Below are positions 37,813 to 45,868 of a stretch of DNA of 64,000 nucleotides, piece by piece (positions within the stretch are counted from its first letter, which is position 1; the number at the start of each line of letters is the position of its first letter). The stretch covers positions 3,095,387 to 3,159,386 of the forward strand of contig OY760687.1 in NCBI GenBank assembly GCA_963663945.1, read 5' to 3'. Position numbers and translations under genes: made by a program. The notes under the pieces were generated by a model that was not told the origin of the DNA, did no database searches, and worked only from the letters and a program-made list of their open reading frames with translations. The DNA is from Dehalococcoidia bacterium. GTDB lineage: Bacteria > Chloroflexota > Dehalococcoidia > Lucifugimonadales > UBA3495.

Positions 37813-38427
37813 ATGGCGCGGCTTTGCTCGGTCATTGTGACCCTTGCCGTGACGGTCGCCCTGTGCCTGGCGCTGTCGGGCTGCCGTACCCCGACCGACG
37901 ACCCGGGCGCCGGCAGCGCCCAGTCTGATCCAGCCAACATCGAGGCAACCGTGTCGGCCGCGTTGCGCCCCTTGGAAGAAACGCGGCCTGGGGCCGACGG
38001 GGTCGCGCTACGCCCGCCGGCGCCAATGTTCGCGGGAACCTTCATGGACGGCAACGACTATCGGCTCGAGGACACCGTCGGCACCCCGACCTTGTTGATG
38101 TTCTGGGCCCCCTGGTGACCGCATTGCCAGCGGCAGTTGCCAGCTGTCCAGGGTTTCCACGAGGAGTACCACGGCGTCGACGCCGACATATTCGGAATTG
38201 CCATCAGCGCTCCCGAGCCGGAGGTCCGCGCGCTGATGGACAAACAGGGTCTGACCTTCCCCATCGCCCACGACCCGGCAGGGCAACTCGCCACCGTGTA
38301 TGGCGTCTCCGGTGTGCCTTTCTACATCTTCATCGACAAGGCCGGCCGGGTCGCCCATACCATCCCCGGCGCTCCCACCGACGTGAACACGATCCGGGGT
38401 TGGATCGAGGACCTTAACGCGGAATAG
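37813..38427 (+). CDS. TlpA/ResA-like thioredoxin-fold lipoprotein with W-U-P-H-C active site (UGA at 38116-38118)
   Basis: Track ORFs 37813..38118 and 38137..38427 share a frame. Read-through gives TLLMFWAPW-U-PHCQRQLP.... Lipobox LALSGC. Confidence 0.75.
38128..38146 (+). promoter_or_regulatory. SECIS-like hairpin after UGA 38116
   Basis: cagc-ggc-agtt-gcc-(a)-gctg: 7 bp with one bulged A, starting 10 nt after the UGA. Confidence 0.5.
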
Positions 38428-38524
38428 CGCGCCTCGGTCCCGTGGTACGGGCGCCGGCAGAATCACGGATCCCCACGGATGTGATGGCCGTGGGGATCCG
38501 CCAAATACCGGGCTGCGAAGGGAG

Positions 38525-39601
38525 TTATCCGCGCCAGATCCGTCGCATGCGGCGCACGGAATCCAGCCTGCTCTCCGCCAGGATGTCCGCCGCCCGAGCG
38601 GTGGATATCTCCTGCTTCCGCGACGTTGTCAGCACCGCCGACATCTGCTCGTAGATCCGCTCCGTCTGCTGGCGCGAGCGGTCCGGGTTGTAAGGCTGGC
38701 CGATTTCGGCGGCGGCGTTGATGATGCCGCCGGCGTTGATCAGGAAATCAGGGGCATAGACGATCCCGCGCCGATGCAATTCCTCGCCGTCCTCGGCCGT
38801 CATCAGCTGGTTGTTGGCCCCACCGGCCACGATGCTACAACGCAGGCGGTCAATGGTGGCCGAGTTGATGACCCCGCCCAGAGCGCAGGGAGCGAAGATG
38901 TCGCAGTCAACGTCGTAGATCTCGTCGGGACCGACAACCTTGACGCCCATCTGGCGGGCCCGGTCCAGGGCCGACTCGCTGATGTCCGTGACCACGATGC
39001 GAACATCGTCCTCGATCAGATGACCCGCCGTGTGCGTGGCCACCTTTCCGAACCCCTGCATCGCCACGGTGCGCTCACGCAGGTCGTCGGTGCCCCAGAC
39101 GTCGGAAGCGCAGGCCTTCATTCCCATGTAGATCCCGAGGCCGGTCATGACGGATGTGTCTCCGCTGCCGCCCAGCGTAACGTCGAGGCCCACCACGTAT
39201 TCCGTTTCCTGTCGCATCAATTCCAGATCCCGACCCGTGGTTCCAACGTCGGTGGTCGTGAGGTAGCGGCCCCCCAGCGTGTCCACGAACCGACCCCAGG
39301 CGCGCATCAGGGATTCAGTCTTGGCGGTGCGCGGGTCGCCGATGATGACCCCCTTGCCGCCACCCAGATGCAGGCCGGCCGCCGCCGACTTGTAGGTCAT
39401 GGCCCGGGACAGGTTCAGGGCGTCGGCCAGCGCTTCCTGTTCGGTGGCATAGGGCCACATGCGCGTTCCGCCGCATGAAGGTCCCAGGGTGGTGTCGTGG
39501 ATGGCGATGATGCCCCGCAGGCCGGACTCGGGGTCGCTGTACATCGTCACCTGTTCGTGACCCCGGCTGACCATCGTATTCAGTACGTCCATGGTTTCCA
39601 C
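38525..39601 (-). CDS. Leucine (Leu/Phe/Val) dehydrogenase, Glu/Leu/Phe/Val DH family
   Basis: LGGGKGVI catalytic-lysine motif and GFGKVA Rossmann motif. 358 aa. Confidence 0.9.
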   Translation of the reverse strand: METMDVLNTMVSRGHEQVTMYSDPESGLRGIIAIHDTTLGPSCGGTRMWPYATEQEALADALNLSRAMTYKSAAAGLHLGGGKGVIIGDPRTAKTESLMRAWGRFVDTLGGRYLTTTDVGTTGRDLELMRQETEYVVGLDVTLGGSGDTSVMTGLGIYMGMKACASDVWGTDDLRERTVAMQGFGKVATHTAGHLIEDDVRIVVTDISESALDRARQMGVKVVGPDEIYDVDCDIFAPCALGGVINSATIDRLRCSIVAGGANNQLMTAEDGEELHRRGIVYAPDFLINAGGIINAAAEIGQPYNPDRSRQQTERIYEQMSAVLTTSRKQEISTARAADILAESRLDSVRRMRRIWRG

Positions 39602-39628
39602 CTCCTGAGAATATCCTCCGCTACATTA

Positions 39629-39634
39629 ATTATA
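39629..39634 (-). promoter_or_regulatory. Candidate -10 (TATAAT on minus strand) for the dehydrogenase gene
   Basis: attata on the plus strand, 28 nt upstream of the ATG. Confidence 0.35.
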
Positions 39635-39865
39635 TGACACGGCTCGGAAGCCACCGAGCCCCTGACCGTCATCAGGAACTGGAAAACTGGAATCAATCGC
39701 CAACCTGCGCGGCGTTATGTCAATTATTCGTCAGATGGAACCACGCCGGCGCTCGCGAGCGACGAGGGCTGGACTGCCACAAGGCAACATTACACGCGCG
39801 GCGTACGTTCGCAGTTATTGTAAACTTGTTGCCGCTTCCCTGGAACGCAAATCAAGAGCGGCTTG

Positions 39866-40759
39866 TCATTGCAGTCGGTCGAGCGGGCTCGGTTCCACCC
39901 GCGCCGACGGCGTGCGCTTGGAGAGAAACACGAACGCCCCAACCGCCACGCCAGCAGCCCCGATCAGGGCGGCCAACGCAATCGTTGTCCACAACCAGGG
40001 GCCGCTGCCACTCTTGCCGTTGGCATCGTCGGCAAGCGCCAGCACCTCAACTGCGGTCTGCGGGTACCCATCGTTCATCAACTTGGCGGCCAGGTCCACC
40101 ACGGGTTCAGAAGCGGCGCCATTCTCCGCTCTGGTGGCAAGGATCCGGCGCTGAGCATCCAGGTAAGCGACGCTGGCGGATTGCACGCTGACTTCCAGGC
40201 GGTCCTGGCGTCCGTCCGGGGTGATGACCGTAATCTCCACCAGTCGGAACGGGCGCGGAACCTGAACCTCGTGCTCGTACCCGTCGTTGAGACTGCGAAT
40301 TTTGCCGCTGCGCGGCGTGGCGCCGGCGTGCTTGATCTCGATCTCCATGCCCCCGCGCAGTCCGTGAATCTTGTCGTCCGCCGGGTGAAGGTGGAATGTT
40401 TCCCCCATGCCCGGTTTTTGGGTGACGGTGACCTCCGACTTCCAGCCAGTCAGTTCTGAAACCATAACCAGCGTGGACTCGGTCTCGGTGTTCAGCTTGA
40501 ACTCGCAGCCGCCCTCAACTGCGGTTTCCTGCAGGATGTGGCGGTCTGGATGCGCGTCAACCAGATCGTCGCCGTCCTGGTCGCCATCAACGTCGATCCA
40601 AAACGCGCATTCCCTTTCCGAGATGTCAACGGCCTGGCCGTCCTGCGCTGGCCCGGATGCCCCGGCCGGCAGCGCCAGCGCCAGTGATATCACCAATATG
40701 CCAACTGCGGCCAGGACGGTTTTGGTCCGCACCGATCTTGGTGCGACGGTCTCCATCAC
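39866..40759 (-). CDS. Secreted protein with C-terminal membrane anchor, unknown function
   Basis: Signal peptide (VLAAVGILVISLALALPAGASG) and a C-terminal TM helix (WLWTTIALAALIGAAGVAVGAFVF). Its ATG overlaps the upstream stop (ATGA). Confidence 0.6.
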   Translation of the reverse strand: MMETVAPRSVRTKTVLAAVGILVISLALALPAGASGPAQDGQAVDISERECAFWIDVDGDQDGDDLVDAHPDRHILQETAVEGGCEFKLNTETESTLVMVSELTGWKSEVTVTQKPGMGETFHLHPADDKIHGLRGGMEIEIKHAGATPRSGKIRSLNDGYEHEVQVPRPFRLVEITVITPDGRQDRLEVSVQSASVAYLDAQRRILATRAENGAASEPVVDLAAKLMNDGYPQTAVEVLALADDANGKSGSGPWLWTTIALAALIGAAGVAVGAFVFLSKRTPSARVEPSPLDRLQ

Positions 40760-42707
40760 ACGTTTTCCCGCACTACTGTCACCGCGGTTGCCTGGACGGT
40801 GACGCGGGAACCGGACGAAGGCTGATCGCCGTCAGATTCCAACAGTTCCGGCGGCGGCTTGACCCCATAGTACCGGGCGAGCTCACGCCAGCGGGACAGG
40901 CTGGCAGTCAAGTCACGATAGTTTTTCTCCAGGTCTCCGTAGGTGCTGACGTCCCTGAACCCGTCGCTTGCACGAACTCGTCCCAGCACGAGGATGCTGT
41001 ATTCGATGGGAACGTCGTAATCGATATCACTCAACCTCCACTTCATGGCAGAGGGTTGGCGAGGTCGCGGCACAGTGGACTGGGAATCGTCGTCAGCAGC
41101 GGCCAGGTTGGACTCCCCTGAACGTCCGTCCGCCAATTCGTCCGGGGAGATCACTTTGCTGAGATCGAACGTCATCTCGGAGAACGCTCCGGGGATGTTG
41201 CGGCGGTCGGCGGCAACAAAATCCCGGAGTAGTTCCCGGGAAGGCCGAAACGCATCATTGCTCGTGTTGCGGCTCCAATCTCCGATCGATATCGACATGA
41301 TCTCATCGAAAACCGCTCCCGAGTTGACTTCCAGAGATCCCAGGTCCGGTCGTTTCAAAACCTCATTGCACAATTCCGCCAGTCGCTGGCGCACTATGGC
41401 TACACCGGCATCTCCAATGACTTCCGCGACAGGTCCCTGGATGCCGTTATCGCGCGCAATTTCGGCGGCCTCGATACGCTGGTTCTCGGGCAGTTCAATG
41501 TTGATGCAGAAGTGATCGTTCTTGGCCTTGATGCTGTCGATTTCTTCCGTGGCTTCTTTCGCGCGCCTATAGGCGTCTTCATCGTCCGATTTTGCGGCCC
41601 TCAGCAAGGATTGAGCCAGGTCCTGGTTGCTCTTATTTTTGCCGTTCAACATGCCGATCAAACTGGAGGCCAACGAGATCCCGTTCAACTGGTCGACTTT
41701 GTCGACCAATGTTTGGACGTGATTGGCGACAACGGTGTTCTCTTCGCTGTCCAATAACTGTCTGATGCGATGTTGAGTGAGCAGGCGCAGCAACGTTTCC
41801 TTTTGTTGCGGCAGAGATGCTCGATCCCAGGTAGCAGGTTCCCGGAACCAGGGCAAAGCCACTCGATAACGCAGATACCGGCATGCATCGCTGTACGAGC
41901 GTTCGGATATCACGTGGGCCAGATAGGCGTTCCACCGCTTCCCCTGCTTGAGCTGGACTATTGACTCTGCGCGGTCTCCACCGCCCGCCCCGTTGAGCAG
42001 GCAGGCCGTCGCCTGGGCGGCAGCCCGGTCGAGGGCGGCCCACGCCTTTTCGACGTCCCCGGTGTGAACCGTACCGCCGTCAAAGGCGATATTTATGTCG
42101 AAGCATTGGACGCGCTCATCATCTTCAGGATCTTCCGAGAGCGGCACCCCTCCCAGAACCTCCTGCCGAGCCACGTAGCCTCTGAAGGCGTTGTTGACCG
42201 CAGTGCGGTCCATTTCAGCCTCGTTCGAACCGTGGTAAACCGGCGGGCATAGTTCGATACCCCAAACAACTAACTGATCCGACTTGTTCTGCCCCGCAAA
42301 GTAACGTTGCAACGCCGCGCCCAGATACATCCCCACAGTTCCCGAGGTGGGTCCCTCCGGGCAATACGGGATTACCACTGCCAACTGGTACGAAGACGTA
42401 AGGCCTTTCTCTCGTTTGAAGTTTTCCCACATCCGGTCGGTATCCCGGCAGTATTGCCTGATCTGCCCTCGGCACCAAGCGCCCAATCGCGCCGGTGCGT
42501 CCTCAAGCTCTGCCATATCGGTTGCCAGCGGGTTGATCTGGGTCAGGAACCGCTTGGTGCTGGTGCTATCAGTCTGCATGGACGAACCCGGCGGAGTGTT
42601 ACCGAGTTCGTAAATCTTCCGGCTGCTGCCCCAGTTGCCCCGCACCTTTGCCGCGGTAGCCTGTCGCAACCGGTCGAGATGATAGACGACAATAAGGAAT
42701 GCCTCTT
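40756..42707 (-). pseudogene. C-terminal approx. 650 codons of a large gene (possibly tubulin/FtsZ-like GTPase) interrupted by IS21
   Basis: Frame open from the IS boundary at 42707 down to stop 40756. Contains PEGPTSGTVGMYLGAAL and TAVNNAFRGYVARQEV, which resemble tubulin T4 and NNA motifs (weak). Confidence 0.5.
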
Positions 42708-42765
42708 GCGCCGACTATTCTTGCCGGTTGGGATGGTGTAAATCGTCCGGCACGGAGGTGCCGGA

Positions 42766-44268
42766 TTGATCAAGGACCGACAAGTCAGACTTTTGAGGCA
42801 AAAACGTATGGAAGGCAAGACACAGGAGACGGCGGCCGCCATGTCTGGGATGAGCGTGCGGTCGGCGCGCAAATGGCAGAGTGGCCCGTTGCCGTCGGAG
42901 ACCAAACCGGAGCGCTGGTGGCGCACTCGGTCCGACCCCTTCGACGGGGTGTGGGAAGAGGAGATTGAGCCCCTGCTGCGGGACGACCCCAAGGGCAAGC
43001 TGAAGGCAACGACGATTATCGAATGGCTGGAGGAGCAGCATCCTGGCCAGTTCAGCGCCTCCCAGCTGCGCACCCTGCAACGACGATTACAGGACTGGCG
43101 GGCGCTGAATGGCCCGGATCAGGAGGTTTACTTCCCCCAGGAGCATCCGCCGGGTCGGGAGGCCCAGTTTGATTTCACCCACTGCAGCGCCCTGGGGGTG
43201 ACCGTCGCCGGTGAGCCCTACCCCCACCTGCTGTTTCAGCTGATCCTCAGCCACTCGGGCTGGCGCTACGCGGAGGTCGCCGCCGGCGAGACCTTCCTGG
43301 CCCTCAAGCAGGGATTACAGAATGCGCTCTGGGCCCTGGGCGGCGTACCGGAGGTGGTGCGTTCCGACAATACCTCTGCTGCCACCCACGAGATGAAACG
43401 CAGCCGAGGCCGGGCGCTAAACGACAATTACGCCGCCCTGCTGGACCACTACGGTGTCCGATCCACCCGCATCAATCCTGGCAAGAGCCACGAAAACGGC
43501 GTTGCCGAGCACGCTCACTACCGTTTGAAGGATGCCGTGGACCAGGCTTTGATCATGCGCGGCAGCCGCGATTTCCACACCGCCGACGACTACGCCGGTT
43601 TCGTACGGGAGATGGTGGAGAAGCGAAACCGCCTGGTGCGGGGGAAGCTGGAGCAGGAAATGGCTTGCCTAAGACCCCTGCCGCCAGCCCCCATGCCGGA
43701 ATACGCCAACTACCAGTCCAAGGTGCGCCGGTGGAGTACGATCCAGGTGGCGGGACGCAGCTACAGCGTCCCGTCCCGGCTCATTGGCAAGGTGGTACAG
43801 ATCCGCCTCTATTCCGAGCACGTGGAAGTGTACTACAAGGGCCACTTTGTGGAACGCATGGCGCGCGTGCACGGTGATGGGGAAGTAAACGTCAATTACC
43901 GCCACGTGATCAATTCCCTGGTGCGCAAGCCCGGAGCATTCGCCCGGTACCGCTTCAGGGAGCAGCTCTTTCCCACCCTGCACTTCCGGCTGGCCTACGA
44001 TGCGCTCAGGCAGTGGCGCGGTGAGCGCGCCGACGTGGAGTACGTGCGCATCCTGCACCTGGCGGCCACCACCATGGAGGTCATGGTGGACAGCGCCCTG
44101 TCGCTGCTGCTGGAGACCGGTCAGCCCTTCGACTACGCCGAGGTGCGGGAACTGGCCGAGCCCAGGGTGCCCCAGGCTCCGGTGCTGGTCCTCTCTGGGA
44201 AGCCGGACCTGAAGATCTACGACGGTCTGCTCACGAGCAGTACGGCCATGGTGGGGGTGTGCGCATGA
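42766..44268 (+). CDS. istA: IS21-family transposase IstA
   Basis: 500 aa with an N-terminal HTH and a DDE region (SDNTSA...HENGVAEH). Overlaps istB. Confidence 0.9.
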   Translation: MIKDRQVRLLRQKRMEGKTQETAAAMSGMSVRSARKWQSGPLPSETKPERWWRTRSDPFDGVWEEEIEPLLRDDPKGKLKATTIIEWLEEQHPGQFSASQLRTLQRRLQDWRALNGPDQEVYFPQEHPPGREAQFDFTHCSALGVTVAGEPYPHLLFQLILSHSGWRYAEVAAGETFLALKQGLQNALWALGGVPEVVRSDNTSAATHEMKRSRGRALNDNYAALLDHYGVRSTRINPGKSHENGVAEHAHYRLKDAVDQALIMRGSRDFHTADDYAGFVREMVEKRNRLVRGKLEQEMACLRPLPPAPMPEYANYQSKVRRWSTIQVAGRSYSVPSRLIGKVVQIRLYSEHVEVYYKGHFVERMARVHGDGEVNVNYRHVINSLVRKPGAFARYRFREQLFPTLHFRLAYDALRQWRGERADVEYVRILHLAATTMEVMVDSALSLLLETGQPFDYAEVRELAEPRVPQAPVLVLSGKPDLKIYDGLLTSSTAMVGVCA

Positions 44269-45077
44269 TGGACACCGACACCAGCGTGATCCCGGAGCGC
44301 ATCGGTCAGCTCTGCCGCGAATTCAAGCTGCCCACCATGGGCGCTCAGTCGGTGGCCCGTTTCACCGAGGCTGGCCACGGCGAGGCCCTGTCCACCTTCC
44401 TGGAGGTGCTGGAGCAGGAAGCCGAGGATCGCCGCCACCGGCGCATCAACCGGCTGCGTCAGGCGTCCCGGCTCCCCTCGGGCAAGACCTGGGAGACCTT
44501 CGAGCATCACCGGATGCCCCTCGCTCTACGGCAGCAGATGGACCAACTGGCCCAGGGCAGCTTCGTGGATCACGGCGTCAACGTGCTGGCCTTCGGGCTC
44601 CCCGGCACCGGCAAGACCCACGCGCTCTGCGCTCTGGGACACCGCCTGGTGGAGGCCGGCCACTCCGTCCTCTTCGCACCGGCCTACCGTCTGGTGCAGG
44701 ATCTGCTGGCCGCCAAGCGTGACTTCGACCTGCCCCGACAACTGCGCAAGCTGGACAACTTCGACTTCCTCCTCCTGGACGATCTCGGCTACCTGCCCCA
44801 GGGTACTGAGGAGTCCGAGGTCCTCTTCACCCTCATCGCAGAACGCTACGAACGCCGGTCGTTGGGCATCACGTCCAACCTGGTCTTCTCGGAGTGGGAG
44901 CGCATCTTTGCCAATCCCATGGCCACCGCCGCAGCGATTGACCGGGTGGTTCACCACTCCGTCATCCTGGAATTCGACGTCCCCAGCTACCGGACTGACG
45001 CAGCACAGCAACGCGGCGAGACTGCCGCGGCCGACGCCAACGCTGCGCCTGCCAAGGAGGTGAACCGGCAAAACTAA
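44259..45077 (+). CDS. istB: IS21 helper ATPase IstB
   Basis: Walker A GLPGTGKTH and Walker B LLLLDDLGY. Confidence 0.9.
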   Translation: MRMMDTDTSVIPERIGQLCREFKLPTMGAQSVARFTEAGHGEALSTFLEVLEQEAEDRRHRRINRLRQASRLPSGKTWETFEHHRMPLALRQQMDQLAQGSFVDHGVNVLAFGLPGTGKTHALCALGHRLVEAGHSVLFAPAYRLVQDLLAAKRDFDLPRQLRKLDNFDFLLLDDLGYLPQGTEESEVLFTLIAERYERRSLGITSNLVFSEWERIFANPMATAAAIDRVVHHSVILEFDVPSYRTDAAQQRGETAAADANAAPAKEVNRQN

Positions 45078-45108
45078 TCGACGATAAATCGGCAAGAATG
45101 GTTGACGC

Positions 45109-45253
45109 GGGACACGAGATCCTCATCGCTGTGGTCTATGGCCCAGGGAGCCAGCTGTTCGACGCCCTGCGCGAGAAATTCATCCACGAAGTAGGGCAAG
45201 CTCTCAAGTCCCGCCTTGCCAGCCGCCATCACTCGTACTGCTCCAATAGCCAT
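45109..45253 (-). pseudogene. N-terminal 48 codons of the IS21-interrupted gene
   Basis: GGAGG RBS plus ATG (rc 45251-45253): MAIGAVRVMAAGKAGLESLPYFVDEFLAQGVEQLAPWAIDHSDEDLVS. Joins in frame to 42707 if the IS is excised at its IR ends. Confidence 0.5.
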
Positions 45254-45809
45254 AATGCCTCCGCTTCGTTCAGGGGATGCCAGTCAATAACGGAAATAAA
45301 CGACTAATTCACTTGGGGGGTTGACCCGTCAGATCCCAGACGTCCGCTGGAACCGTCGAGGGTCAGGCGCTCACGACACTTTGATCTGCGTGTCGGCGCG
45401 TGATGGGTGTAAATTCCTGCCAGTAGCTGTGCATGCTGCTTCACCCCGGCGGCTAGTGTCTCGAAAACCACACGGCATCGACTCACCACCGATTCCATCG
45501 CCGAGTCGAATCCTCCACCGGAACGAATCCTAGGCAGCCGACCGTGAAAAGTCTGTGCAACTCTGTATTTGCACACGCACCATTTATTCCGTGCACGAAA
45601 TCGAAATTGCAATGGAACCCTTGCATAACTTTTGTTACAAAAATGCGCGCTGCTAACGGCGGTTTGGTCACAAATTGGCACAATTTGAGGCCATTATGTG
45701 ACCTAAAATGCCGACTAAAGACAGGCCGCGTCGGTCACAACCCTACCGAACCCATCCCGCCGCGCTGCTCCCGGCGCCAGCAGATTGCCCGCCCCGGAAA
45801 CGCCGCCGC

Positions 45810-45818
45810 TGCTACAAT
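45810..45818 (+). promoter_or_regulatory. Extended -10 TGcTACAAT upstream of copA
   Basis: 51 nt upstream of ATG 45869. Confidence 0.5.
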
Positions 45819-45868
45819 GAAGACGGTAACAAACGCCCAACCCTCGCGCGCGCTGACGACCCGACACC

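Larger units (their letters stand above)
42708..45108 (+). mobile_element. IS21-family insertion sequence (about 2.4 kb)
   Basis: istA/istB pair. Terminal inverted repeats gcgccgactattcttgccg (42708-42726) and the reverse complement of cggcaagaatggttgacgc (45090-45108) match at 16/19. No clean target-site duplication seen. Confidence 0.8.

Noticed and set aside
42700-45115. Target-site duplication flanking the IS21 element.
   Set aside because: The flanks (..gcctctt | gggacac..) share no direct repeat at the inverted-repeat-defined ends. Alternative boundaries give only 2-3 nt matches (gc/gcg), so no TSD is claimed.
45304-45681. 125-aa minus-strand ORF (and a 70-aa plus-strand ORF) in the copA upstream gap.
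   Set aside because: Atypical composition, no RBS and no recognisable motifs. The region is better explained as non-coding or regulatory, and a degraded gene remnant cannot be excluded.
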